In this document: positions 1 through 9,577 of the stretch, piece by piece
Layout: the number at the start of each line of letters is the position of its first letter
Position numbering within the stretch: position 1 is the stretch's first letter
NCBI GenBank assembly: GCA_023389295.1
Contig: JAEWEO010000198.1
Coordinates: 6,688-70,687 of the forward strand
Direction: 5' to 3'
DNA length: 64,000 nucleotides
Source of the DNA: Bacillota bacterium
GTDB lineage: Bacteria > Bacillota > Clostridia > Lachnospirales > Lachnospiraceae
Program-made: the position numbers and the translations under genes
Notes under the pieces: model-generated
What the model was told of the DNA's origin: nothing
What the model saw: only the letters and a program-made list of their open reading frames with translations
The model's database searches: none

Positions 1-152
1 GCGGCCTCCTGTACAGCACCTTGATTTTCAGCGTTTGCTCGTTGATACGCTTCCGCCTTTCCCTGCTCGTTCATACGGAAAACTTCGCCGCAGATCCCAC
101 AGCAAAGCCCACAGCCAATGCAGAGATCCTTATCTACTTTTGTTGCTTTCAT
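1..152 (-). CDS. Small ferredoxin, truncated by the window edge
   Basis: Not in the ORF track. Manual translation from ATG at 152-150 gives MKATKVDKDLCIGCGLCCGICGEVFRMNEQGKAEA..., with a CxxCxxC motif. RBS GAAGGTG upstream. Confidence 0.85.
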   Translation of the reverse strand, partial: MKATKVDKDLCIGCGLCCGICGEVFRMNEQGKAEAYQRANAENQGAVQEA

Positions 153-185
153 AAAATCACCTTCTTTTGTCAATTTTGCGTTTGA

Positions 186-518
186 TTAAAATACAACTAC
201 TAAAAGCATTTTGAACGCTTCCTTCCCATATACCGCATGGGGATGGCCTGCTGGCATGACAATAGATTCTCCTTCGTGCAGCAGATATTCAACGCCATCA
301 ATCGTGATTTTTCCGATACCATCCAAGCAGGTGACGAAGGCGTCCCCACCCGATTCATGGGTGCTGATCTCTTCACCTTTTGCGAATGAGAACAGGGTAA
401 TACTTAATGCCTGGTTTTGTGTCAAAGTTTTGCTGACAATCTGCCCCTCCTGATAGGAAATTTGTTCTCTCAGCGTCAGTACTTCTGATTGAGCGATGTT
501 TTTCATTTTTTTACTCAT
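186..518 (-). CDS. Cupin domain protein
   Basis: Cupin motifs EISTHESGGDA and MPAGHPHAV; start chosen after RBS AGGAGAG. Confidence 0.85.
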   Translation of the reverse strand: MSKKMKNIAQSEVLTLREQISYQEGQIVSKTLTQNQALSITLFSFAKGEEISTHESGGDAFVTCLDGIGKITIDGVEYLLHEGESIVMPAGHPHAVYGKEAFKMLLVVVF

Positions 519-531
519 AGTATCTCTCCTT

Positions 532-1242
532 TTATTCCAAAATTTTACCATCCAACGAAATCGTAACAATCTGCCAAGGAATGAATTTTCCGCTTGCCTG
601 CAACGCTTTTTTGGCAGCTAATTCTAGTCCGCCGCAGCAGGGAACTTCCATGCGTACAACCGTTACACTTTGAATATTGTTGTTTTGAATGATCTGCGTC
701 AGCTTTTCGCTGTAGTCTATGCTGTCAAGCTTTGGGCAGCCGATAATCGTAATTTTTCCACGCATGAAATCCTCGTGCATTCTGGCATAGGCGTATGCAC
801 TGCAATCCGCTGCAATTAACAATTTTGCGCCGTCAAAATATAGTGCATTAGTCGGTACCAGTTTGATTTGGCATGGCCATTGTCCCAACTGTGATTCTGT
901 CTGTACCCGGGCAGGAGGAGTTGTTTCTTGTGAATGTTGAATATGCTGCATTCGACTGCCGGGACAGCCTGTATGGAGAACAGCGGCATGATTGCTTTTC
1001 GCTTTTTTCCTCATATTTTCCTGCACAGCTTTTTCATCATAGGCAGCAGCTTCTCTCTCCACAAAGGAAATTGCACCTGTTGGGCAGGTTGGCAGACAAT
1101 CTCCTAAACCATCACAATAATCATCTCGCAGAAGTGTTGCTTTGCCGTTTATCATGCCGATTGCACCCTCGTGACAAGCTTCGGCACACGCACCACATCC
1201 GTTACATTTTTTTTCATCTATTTGGATAATTTTTCGAATCAT
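532..1242 (-). CDS. 4Fe-4S dicluster ferredoxin-like protein (FrdX-like)
   Basis: CNGCGACAEAC and CDGLGDCLPTCP motifs; C-terminal QWPCQIKL...GCPKLD...MEVPCC domain. Confidence 0.85.
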   Translation of the reverse strand: MIRKIIQIDEKKCNGCGACAEACHEGAIGMINGKATLLRDDYCDGLGDCLPTCPTGAISFVEREAAAYDEKAVQENMRKKAKSNHAAVLHTGCPGSRMQHIQHSQETTPPARVQTESQLGQWPCQIKLVPTNALYFDGAKLLIAADCSAYAYARMHEDFMRGKITIIGCPKLDSIDYSEKLTQIIQNNNIQSVTVVRMEVPCCGGLELAAKKALQASGKFIPWQIVTISLDGKILE

Positions 1243-1301
1243 TTTATACTATCCTTTCTCTTGTCTTTCTGGGCATAGTATATTATAATCAAAAATAGAA
1301 A

Positions 1302-1321
1302 TCTGTTGTTTTAACAACGAA
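1302..1321. promoter_or_regulatory. Candidate Crp/Fnr-family operator
   Basis: Imperfect palindrome GTTGTTTTAACAAC (1305-1318) between the divergent genes. Confidence 0.5.
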
Positions 1322-1333
1322 AGGGCGAAAAAT

Positions 1334-1981
1334 ATGAAATTATCCGATATGCAGCTATTCCGTGGGTTAGAAGAAGATGACATCTCCTCACTTTTAAGCT
1401 GTTTGAATAGTGTAAAACGCAATTATAAAAAAGGAGAAGTAATTCTTTCAGAAGGGAGTATTATAGAGAATATCGGCATTGTGCTGTCAGGCATGGCAAT
1501 GATATCTTGTAACGATATTTGGGGGAATACCAGCATTTTAGGAAGTGTTGCTCCTGGCTCTGTATTTGCTGAGGTATATGCCTGTATTCCGGGACAGCCG
1601 ATGCTGGTTACAGTGTCTGCCGTGGAAGATACCTCTGTGTTGTTTATGAATGTGGGACGTGTTCTGACTACCTGCACAAACGCCTGCCCTTTTCATACAA
1701 ACCTTGCACGAAATCTACTGACTGTCTGTGCTCATAAAAGTCTGCAACTTTCACAAAGGATTTTGCACACCAGTTCCAAATCCATACGAGGCCGATTGAT
1801 GTCTTATTTTTCAGAATGCGCAAAACATGCCGGAAGCAATTCTTTTCTGATTCCATATAACCGCCAGCAATTAGCAGATTACTTGAATGTTGACCGCAGT
1901 ACTATGTGCAACGAGCTTTCTAAAATGCAGAAAGATGGCATGATTGAATACAAAAAAAATCGTATTTTGCTCAAAGACTGA
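1334..1981 (+). CDS. Crp/Fnr family transcriptional regulator (HcpR-like)
   Basis: N-terminal cNMP-binding-like domain; C-terminal HTH NRQQLADYLNVDRSTMCNELSKM. Confidence 0.9.
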   Translation: MKLSDMQLFRGLEEDDISSLLSCLNSVKRNYKKGEVILSEGSIIENIGIVLSGMAMISCNDIWGNTSILGSVAPGSVFAEVYACIPGQPMLVTVSAVEDTSVLFMNVGRVLTTCTNACPFHTNLARNLLTVCAHKSLQLSQRILHTSSKSIRGRLMSYFSECAKHAGSNSFLIPYNRQQLADYLNVDRSTMCNELSKMQKDGMIEYKKNRILLKD

Positions 1982-2234
1982 GATTTAAGGAATGGTATGA
2001 ATTTGAATAGGGATTGATTTTTTAAGCAAAATCGCTTATGATCTGAAATAGAATATAGTGCTATTATCCACAGTTACAGAGCAAGTGTTATCAACACCGA
2101 TAACAAAATGATAACATTAGCCTGTATAGGCAGGATAATATGGATAAATCAAATAATCAAAAGAACTGTAAACACGACAGAGAATAATCTCTAAACAAAA
2201 TTGATTAGTAATTGTCGAGCTAGAATAAAACATA

Positions 2235-2279
2235 AAGAAACCTCGGATTCCCATTTAAAAAGGGTTTCTGAGGTTTTTT
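2235..2279 (+). terminator. Intrinsic terminator-like hairpin
   Basis: AAACCTCGGA...TCTGAGGTTT followed by a T run. Confidence 0.6.
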
Positions 2280-2309
2280 ATGTCTACTCGTATATTTTAA
2301 CAATCTAAA

Positions 2310-2618
2310 TTAGAAAATATATGCTTTTAGAAGCCAAACAAAAAACATAGTTACAACAAATGCAATAAGTCCGCTTAATAAAGCTAGCAATAACTTTTGA
2401 TAAGGACGTTTTCTAGATTTTAACTTAACTGTTTTGCCTTTAAGTAAGTACATAACTTTTATACCATAAAAAATCACATATGTATACCTAAACGAAAATG
2501 AAGAGGAGAGATGACAAAATAACATCCAGACAACATCAAGATAACAATTGGAACTGTTGGTAGTTCTTCCATATTGCCTATGACGGACAAATAAATTTAT
2601 AATTATACCAGTATGCAA
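2310..2618 (-). pseudogene. Possible degraded small membrane-protein gene
   Basis: Only the hydrophobic C-terminus looks protein-like; no clear RBS. Confidence 0.2.
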
Positions 2619-2736
2619 TTTGGTACGATCGTAATTCGTGATTTAATTCCTTTGTATACATTGCTAATAGTTTTTATAAAGTTAGAGCAATATTGAGATA
2701 AAATGCAAAAAAATACTATAAATTTTCTTTGGTTTA

Positions 2737-2881
2737 TGCTATAATCAAATTTATGCCTAGAAATGACAACATTGTTTTTTGATTAACAAAGGCTGAAGAA
2801 TGATTAACAAAGAATGAAAAAGAATTCACAAACAATGAAAAAAAATTAACGAAGTAGTGTAAGTTGTTAAAAAAATAATGA
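2737..2881 (+). promoter_or_regulatory. rnf promoter (extended -10) with 4-5 Rex-like boxes
   Basis: TGCTATAAT at 2737-2745; 18-mers resembling TTGTTAA-N4-TTAACAA at 2772, 2793, 2814, 2835 and 2864. Confidence 0.7.
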
Positions 2882-2904
2882 AAAAGAAAGAAGGCAAACG
2901 ATTT

Positions 2905-4224
2905 ATGGGTAGGTTAACATTTCAGGGAGGAATCCATACTTATGACGGCAAAGAATTGTCCATGGATAAGCCCACAACTGTCCTCTTACCAAAGGGTGAG
3001 CTAGTATTCCCCTTGTCGCAGCATATTGGTGCACCCTCTAAACCGATTGTAGCAAAAGGAGATGATGTCCTTGTAGGACAGACAATCGCCGAGGCTGGCG
3101 GTTTTGTATCTGCAAATATCATCAGTTCGGTATCCGGTACTGTAAAGGGTATTGAGAAGCGACTGACAGTGCAAGGAAACATGACGGAAGCCATTATTAT
3201 AGAAAATGATAATGAATACCGAAAAGTGGAAGGTTTTGGAAAGCAACAAGACTACACGAAAATGAGCAAAGAAGAGATACGTCGCCTCGTAAAAGATGCG
3301 GGTATTGTTGGTCTAGGAGGAGCGGGCTTCCCCACTCATATTAAATTGACTCCAAAAGATGATAGTAAAATTGACTATGTGATTGTAAATGGAGCTGAAT
3401 GTGAGCCATATCTTACCTCAGACTATCGAATGATGTTAGAAGAACCGGAGAAAATTATCGGCGGACTTAAAATCATGCTTCAGTTATTTGAAAATGCAAA
3501 GGGGATTATAGCGATTGAAGATAATAAGCCTGTAGCAATTTCAAAGTTAAAAGAATTAACAGCAAATGAAAATAGAATAACTGTAATGCCATTAAAAACA
3601 AAATATCCTCAGGGTGGTGAACGTCAGTTGGTATATGCAACGACGGGAAGAAAACTGAACTCAAAAAAGCTTCCCTCTGATGTTGGCTGCGTTGTAGATA
3701 ATGTTGATACAGTAATCTCTATCTATATGGCGGTTGCCTATAATACGCCCCTCATTCGTAGAATTATTACGGTTTCCGGCGATGCGGTGAAAAATCCGCA
3801 GAACTTTAACGTTTTGATCGGGACCAATTATTCAGAGCTTTTGGAAGCTGCTGGCGGATTTGTGGAACAGCCGGAAAAACTTGTATCCGGTGGTCCTATG
3901 ATGGGTAATGCAGTTTATACCTATAACGTTCCCGTTACTAAGGTGACTTCGGCACTTACCAGCTTTCTAAATGATGAGGCTGCGGTAGAGGAATCTCCTT
4001 GTATTCGTTGTGGTAAATGTATCACGGCTTGTCCTTTGCAGCTGATGCCATTTGAACTGGCTGCACTCAGTAACCGTTCGGATGAAGATGGCTTTGTTAA
4101 ATGTGATGGAATGGAATGCTGTGGCTGTGGCTGCTGCTCCTATGTATGTCCGGCAAAACGAAGTTTGTCGCAGTCCATAATGCAGGCAAGAGCAAGTGTG
4201 TTAGCGAAGAAAAAGAAAGCATAA
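2905..4224 (+). CDS. rnfC: Rnf complex subunit C
   Basis: GLGGAGFPTHIK and NGAECEPYLTSD motifs; two 4Fe-4S motifs; first gene of the operon. Confidence 0.95.
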   Translation: MGRLTFQGGIHTYDGKELSMDKPTTVLLPKGELVFPLSQHIGAPSKPIVAKGDDVLVGQTIAEAGGFVSANIISSVSGTVKGIEKRLTVQGNMTEAIIIENDNEYRKVEGFGKQQDYTKMSKEEIRRLVKDAGIVGLGGAGFPTHIKLTPKDDSKIDYVIVNGAECEPYLTSDYRMMLEEPEKIIGGLKIMLQLFENAKGIIAIEDNKPVAISKLKELTANENRITVMPLKTKYPQGGERQLVYATTGRKLNSKKLPSDVGCVVDNVDTVISIYMAVAYNTPLIRRIITVSGDAVKNPQNFNVLIGTNYSELLEAAGGFVEQPEKLVSGGPMMGNAVYTYNVPVTKVTSALTSFLNDEAAVEESPCIRCGKCITACPLQLMPFELAALSNRSDEDGFVKCDGMECCGCGCCSYVCPAKRSLSQSIMQARASVLAKKKKA

Positions 4225-4256
4225 ATGTACATTAATTATAGAAAGAGGTGTAAGCT

Positions 4257-5249
4257 TTGAGTGACTTGTTACACGTATCGGCAGCTCCACATAGCAGGAG
4301 CCCGGTAACAACGAAAAGTATTATGCGGGATGTTGCGATCGCATTAGTTCCTGCTGGATTATTCGGAGTTTTTAATTTTGGTATTCATGCATTAATGGTT
4401 ATTGTGGTTACTGTATTAGCATGTGTCCTAACAGAATTTATTTACTGTAAGTACATGAAAAAGACTCCAACGGTAGGTGACTATAGTGCTGTAGTAACCG
4501 GTATTTTACTTGCATATAATGTTCCGGCCGGCTTTCCCCTATGGATGGCAGCGATTGGCGGTATCTTTGCAATCTTAGTAGTAAAAATGGTATTTGGTGG
4601 GATAGGACAGAATATTATGAATCCTGCTCTTGCAGCACGTGCATTTTTATTAATCAGTTTCCCTGCCAGGATGACTAATTTTGATGTTGCAAAAGTAACC
4701 TCTCCTGGTGTAAGTGACTACATACAGAATGGTTACATGGCAGTTGACGGTTTGTCCGGCGCAACTCCCTTAGCAGCAATAAAAGCAGGTGAATCATTTG
4801 ATTTATTTAAAATGTTTATTGGTCAAACCGGTGGTACCATTGGTGAGACAAGTGTGATTGCACTATTAATTGGTGTAGCTTATTTGGTATTTAAGAAGAT
4901 TATTTCTTTAAGAATACCTCTCACTTATATTGTTACGGTTGCAATATTTGTTCTAATTTTTGGTGGTCAGGGCTTTGACATGAACTATATGCTCGGACAC
5001 GTACTAGGTGGTGGATTAATCTTAGGTGCTTTCTTCATGGCTACCGATTATACCACAAGTCCTATCACGGCAACCGGACAGATTGCATATGGTATTATCC
5101 TTGGATTATTAACCGGTTTATTCCGTCAATTAGGTGGTAGCGCCGAAGGTGTTTCCTATGCAATTATCTTTGGTAATCTTTTGGTACCGCTAATTGATAA
5201 GATGACTCGCAGTAGAGCATTTGGAAAGGAGCGTGTCGTTCGTGAGTAA
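4257..5249 (+). CDS. rnfD: Rnf complex subunit D
   Basis: Membrane protein with the SGATPL FMN-attachment motif and FMATDY; TTG start. Confidence 0.95.
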   Translation: MSDLLHVSAAPHSRSPVTTKSIMRDVAIALVPAGLFGVFNFGIHALMVIVVTVLACVLTEFIYCKYMKKTPTVGDYSAVVTGILLAYNVPAGFPLWMAAIGGIFAILVVKMVFGGIGQNIMNPALAARAFLLISFPARMTNFDVAKVTSPGVSDYIQNGYMAVDGLSGATPLAAIKAGESFDLFKMFIGQTGGTIGETSVIALLIGVAYLVFKKIISLRIPLTYIVTVAIFVLIFGGQGFDMNYMLGHVLGGGLILGAFFMATDYTTSPITATGQIAYGIILGLLTGLFRQLGGSAEGVSYAIIFGNLLVPLIDKMTRSRAFGKERVVRE

Positions 5250-5883
5250 ACAGAAATCCACATTAATTAGGGATGCTTTGGCTCTATTTTTAATCACCCT
5301 CATCTCCGGATTGGCACTTAGTTACATCTATGAAGTAACCAAAGCTCCGATTGTACAACAACAGGAAAGTAAGAAACAGAAAGCAAACCAGGCTGTATTT
5401 ATGGATGCAACTACCTTTGAAGCGGATGAGGAACTGTTAGAGCTGGCAAATAGTACTGATTTGTCTACCTTAAATTCTGAGTATGCGGGTATTACAATTG
5501 ATGAAGTTAATAAAGCACTTAATAGTAATGGTGAGCTACTTGGATATAACCTAACGGTTACAACAAAACAAAGCTATGATGACTCCATGACCTTTGTATT
5601 TAGTTACTCCATGGAGGGTAAAATAAACGGTATTTCTTATACCTCTATTAGCGAGACGGCTGGTCTTGGTATGAAGGCAAAGGATGCGAAATTTACAGAT
5701 CAATATTTGAACAAAGAAGTAAAAGAATTTGTGGTTACAAAGACTGGAGCTACTTCGGACGAACAAATTGATGCACTTAGTGGTGCAACCGTTACATCAA
5801 AAGCAGTAACGAATGCAGTTAATGCGGGAATTAGCTTTTTGACAGAGAATGTAACAGAATTAGGAGGTGGAGCTAATGAATAA
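5242..5883 (+). CDS. rnfG: Rnf complex subunit G
   Basis: N-terminal TM helix, ETAGLG and DALSGATVTS FMN motif; GTG start after AAGGAG. Confidence 0.93.
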   Translation: MSKQKSTLIRDALALFLITLISGLALSYIYEVTKAPIVQQQESKKQKANQAVFMDATTFEADEELLELANSTDLSTLNSEYAGITIDEVNKALNSNGELLGYNLTVTTKQSYDDSMTFVFSYSMEGKINGISYTSISETAGLGMKAKDAKFTDQYLNKEVKEFVVTKTGATSDEQIDALSGATVTSKAVTNAVNAGISFLTENVTELGGGANE

Positions 5884-6625
5884 ATACGTTGAGCGTTTAT
5901 ATAACGGTATTATCAAAGAAAATCCTACATTCATTATTATGCTAGGTATGTGTCCGACTTTGGCGGTTACTACCTCAGGAAACAACGGATTATACATGGG
6001 ATTAACCACAACGGTAGTTCTTGCAGCTTCTAATCTTCTTATTTCTGCTTTAAGAAAAGCAATTCCTGATAAAGTTCGTATTCCTGCTTACATTGTTATC
6101 GTTGCATCTTTGGTAACCATTGTACAGTTATTATTAGAAGCTTATCTACCAGCTGTTAATGAACTGCTTGGTATCTATATACCGCTTATCGTAGTTAACT
6201 GTATTATTCTTGGTAGAGCGGAGGCTTATGCAGCTAAAAATTCCGTTGGTTTATCATTATTTGACGGCATTGGTATGGGGCTTGGTTTTACGGTAGCACT
6301 AACGATTATGGGATCATTTCGTGAGTTACTGGGAGCAGGAACTATCTTTGGCTTCCAGATTACACCGTCTACGGTTGAACCTATTACCATCTTCATTCTT
6401 GCACCGGGTGCTCTCTTTACTCTGGCGATCTTAACAGCAATACAAAACAAATTAAAATTACCGTCAGCTACCAATGGTACGGCTAAAAACAACATCGGCT
6501 GTGGTGGAGATTGTTCTCATTGTGGTGGCAGCGTTTGTACAACGAACCGTGAAACGATAGCTAGTAATGAAGTTGCTAAGGCAAATGAGGGTGCTTCAAA
6601 AACAACAAAGCAAAGCAATAATTAA
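5876..6625 (+). CDS. rnfE: Rnf complex subunit E
   Basis: ENPTF...LGMCPTLAVT and PLIVVNCIILGRAE motifs. Confidence 0.95.
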   Translation: MNKYVERLYNGIIKENPTFIIMLGMCPTLAVTTSGNNGLYMGLTTTVVLAASNLLISALRKAIPDKVRIPAYIVIVASLVTIVQLLLEAYLPAVNELLGIYIPLIVVNCIILGRAEAYAAKNSVGLSLFDGIGMGLGFTVALTIMGSFRELLGAGTIFGFQITPSTVEPITIFILAPGALFTLAILTAIQNKLKLPSATNGTAKNNIGCGGDCSHCGGSVCTTNRETIASNEVAKANEGASKTTKQSNN

Positions 6626-6640
6626 GGAGGATTGATTTAG

Positions 6641-7219
6641 ATGAAAGAACTTATTTTAATAATCATCGGCTCTGCCTTGGTTAATAACGTTGTCCTAAGT
6701 CAATTCCTTGGCTTATGTCCGTTCCTTGGCGTATCAAAGAAAACAAATACAGCGACTGGTATGGGTGCTGCGGTAATTTTCGTAATCACAGTAGCCTCAG
6801 CCTTATGTAGTATTATTTATGAACAGGTTTTAGTACGTTTTAACATGGAATATCTTCAGACAATCGTATTCATTTTAGTAATCGCTTGTCTGGTTCAATT
6901 TGTTGAGTTGGTATTAAAGAAATACAGTCGTGCTCTTTATAGTGCACTTGGTGTATATCTGCCTTTAATTACAACGAACTGTGCAGTACTTGGTGTCGCA
7001 TTAATTAACGTAACTGAGGATTATGGCCTTTTAGCTAGTATCATCAATGGATTTGGTACTGCAGCAGGATTTACCATTGCCATTGTAATTATGGCTGGTA
7101 TCCGCGAGAGAATTGAATACAATGATGTTCCGAAGGCTTTTCAAGGTTCTCCCATCGTTCTGATAACTGCAGGTCTAATGGCAATGGCATTCTATGGATT
7201 TGCCGGCTTAAACTTTTAA
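6641..7219 (+). CDS. rnfA: Rnf complex subunit A
   Basis: NNVVLSQFLGLCPFLGVS and LPLITTNCAVLG motifs. Confidence 0.95.
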   Translation: MKELILIIIGSALVNNVVLSQFLGLCPFLGVSKKTNTATGMGAAVIFVITVASALCSIIYEQVLVRFNMEYLQTIVFILVIACLVQFVELVLKKYSRALYSALGVYLPLITTNCAVLGVALINVTEDYGLLASIINGFGTAAGFTIAIVIMAGIRERIEYNDVPKAFQGSPIVLITAGLMAMAFYGFAGLNF

Positions 7220-7231
7220 GGAGGGTAAGAT

Positions 7232-8140
7232 ATGTTATTTCAAGAGATAATCACATCATACAATTTCCTTGGGAATTTCCTCGGCAGTTTCGGTGCTGTT
7301 AGTCTTCAGGGAGTTATGGTTGCTACTGCGATTGTGGCTGGAGTTGGATTATTCATCGGTTTATTTTTAGGTTTTGCAGCTAAGACCTTTGAAGTAAAAG
7401 CGGATGAGCGTGAAATTATGGTAAGAGAGCTTCTACCCGGTGCAAACTGTGGTGGTTGTGGATATCCAGGCTGTGATGGTTTGGCAAGTGCAATTGCAAA
7501 AGGAGAGGCACCGGCTAATGCTTGTCCTGTTGCCAATAAAGAAGCTCACAGCAAGATTGCAGAGGTAATGGGTACAGTAGTTGAAGAAGCGGAGAAGGTA
7601 GTTGCTTTTGTAAAATGTGTTGGTACCTGCGATAAAACCCAGGTAAAATACGAATATTATGGGGTGCAAGATTGTAAGAAGGCAGCTATGGTTCCGGGTA
7701 AGGGCAATAAGAAGTGTAGCTATGGCTGTATGGGCTTTGGTTCCTGCGTTAAGGTATGTGCTTTCGATGCAATTCATGTAGTAAATGGAGTGGCAGTTGT
7801 AGACAAAGAAAAATGTACCGGTTGCAGCAGCTGTACCGCACAATGCCCGAACAATCTGATTGAAATGGTTCCGGCTTCTGCTAGACATCTTGTTGGATGT
7901 AGTTCCCTTGATAAAGGTAAGGATGTAAAAGCAGCATGTGCCGCAGGCTGTATCGGCTGTAAGCTTTGTACCAAGGCTTGTGAGTTTGATGCGATCGCGG
8001 TAAATGATAATCTGGCATACATTGACTACAGTAAATGTACGAATTGCGGTAAATGTGCTACGGTTTGTCCTGTTAAGGTAATAAAGGTGCATCCTGAGAA
8101 TAATCAGGAAGTAGCTATAACAGACAAAAAAGCAATATAA
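7232..8140 (+). CDS. rnfB: Rnf complex subunit B
   Basis: LPGANCGGCGYPGC plus multiple ferredoxin motifs. Confidence 0.95.
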   Translation: MLFQEIITSYNFLGNFLGSFGAVSLQGVMVATAIVAGVGLFIGLFLGFAAKTFEVKADEREIMVRELLPGANCGGCGYPGCDGLASAIAKGEAPANACPVANKEAHSKIAEVMGTVVEEAEKVVAFVKCVGTCDKTQVKYEYYGVQDCKKAAMVPGKGNKKCSYGCMGFGSCVKVCAFDAIHVVNGVAVVDKEKCTGCSSCTAQCPNNLIEMVPASARHLVGCSSLDKGKDVKAACAAGCIGCKLCTKACEFDAIAVNDNLAYIDYSKCTNCGKCATVCPVKVIKVHPENNQEVAITDKKAI

Positions 8141-8156
8141 GGTGTAAATAAAGTGA

Positions 8157-8210
8157 AGGTGCATACAACAGGACATTTGATATATTCCAATCTGTATGCA
8201 CCTGTTTTTT
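8157..8210 (+). terminator. rnf operon terminator
   Basis: AGGTGCATACA...TGTATGCACCT followed by GTTTTTT. Confidence 0.7.
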
Positions 8211-8392
8211 AAAGTACATGATGATATAGAAGAAAATTTACTAATTGATGATGATTCCTAGTATGAAAGGTCTTATGAAAGGATTTTCAAAATAGGACGG
8301 GATTATAGGTATATATTATGCTTGCATATATTTGGGATTTATTTTAAAATTATACCAAGTATACAGGCTAGATAAGGGTACAGGTGATTTAG

Positions 8393-9409
8393 ATGGCTAC
8401 GATTCAAGAACTGTCTAAGCGATGCGGAGTGTCGGTTTCGACTGTAAGTAAAGCCTTAAATGGCTATTCTGATATTAGCGATAAAACAAGAGATTTTGTA
8501 ATAAAAACAGCAAATGAGATGGGATATTTCCCTAATTCCAATGCAAGATCGGTAAAACTAAAGAAAACTTACAACATAGGTGTATTATTCCATACAGCTA
8601 CAAAAATAGGATTAAAGAATGAATATTTTGCACATATATTATCAGCCTTTAGAGAAGAAACTTCACAAAGTGGATATGATATCACTTTTATAGAGAACCA
8701 TATAGGAAAAAGAAAAATGAGCTATCTGGAGCATTGTCAATATCGACATTTTGACGGAGTCTGCATTGTCTGTGCAGATTATGAAAATGAAGATGTCATA
8801 AAGTTAGTGAACAGCGACTTCCCGGTTGTTACCATTGATTATGCGTTCCAAAAATCATATTCGATTGTATCGGATAATTATAATGGGATGAAACAGTTAA
8901 CTAACTTTATTATACGGCAGGGACATACCAACATTGCTTTTATCCATGGATTTAAGAATTCGCTTGTTACGAAGAATCGTCTGGAGGGCTTTATGGATGC
9001 TATGAGGGAGAGCGGATATAAAGCAAGAGAGGAATGGATTGTCGAGAGTCAATATCGTAATTCCGGAATGACGGAGGAGGTAGCTTATAAGCTATTGCAA
9101 CAGAACAATCGTCCTACCTGCATCATTGGACCCGATGATTTATCCACTATGGGAATATTTAGTGCTATTCGTAAACATGGTCTTCAACCAATCAAAGATA
9201 TTTCGGTAGCAGGTTATGATGGTTCTGATACGAATCTATTGGTAGGAGTGAAGCTAACTTCTGTAAAGCAAGAGAGAGACAACATTGGTAAGGAAGCTGC
9301 GCTTAGATTGATTCAACTAATAGAGAATACACAGGAAGTACCGCTAGATACGGTTTTTATGCGGCAATCCTTAGTAGTAGGTAATTCCGTTAAGAAATTA
9401 ATACCATAA
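8393..9409 (+). CDS. LacI family transcriptional regulator
   Basis: N-terminal HTH TIQELSKRCGVSVSTVSKALN; sugar-binding domain with ISVAGYD. Confidence 0.95.
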   Translation: MATIQELSKRCGVSVSTVSKALNGYSDISDKTRDFVIKTANEMGYFPNSNARSVKLKKTYNIGVLFHTATKIGLKNEYFAHILSAFREETSQSGYDITFIENHIGKRKMSYLEHCQYRHFDGVCIVCADYENEDVIKLVNSDFPVVTIDYAFQKSYSIVSDNYNGMKQLTNFIIRQGHTNIAFIHGFKNSLVTKNRLEGFMDAMRESGYKAREEWIVESQYRNSGMTEEVAYKLLQQNNRPTCIIGPDDLSTMGIFSAIRKHGLQPIKDISVAGYDGSDTNLLVGVKLTSVKQERDNIGKEAALRLIQLIENTQEVPLDTVFMRQSLVVGNSVKKLIP

Positions 9410-9476
9410 GTAAAAATGAGTAACCTTTTGAGTATTTGGTACGGAAGAGATTCCTAGCTTTTCAAGGTGAATTTCG

Positions 9477-9521
9477 AATCTGATTACAGAGAGGAAAGTG
9501 AGTTCTGTAATCAGATTTTTT
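9477..9521 (+). terminator. Intrinsic terminator
   Basis: AATCTGATTACAGA...TCTGTAATCAGATT followed by Ts. Confidence 0.75.
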
Positions 9522-9577
9522 ATATAATTCATAAATGTTTTTGAAACAGTATTTTTGAAGAGAAAGGGGGATATTTT

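Noticed and set aside
7433..8176. 247-aa antisense ORF over rnfB, and the many other antisense or overlapping ORFs in the track (e.g. 42976-43509, 30743-31234, 13885-14310)
   Set aside because: They are shadows of well-conserved genes on the opposite strand, with no RBS or recognisable domains.
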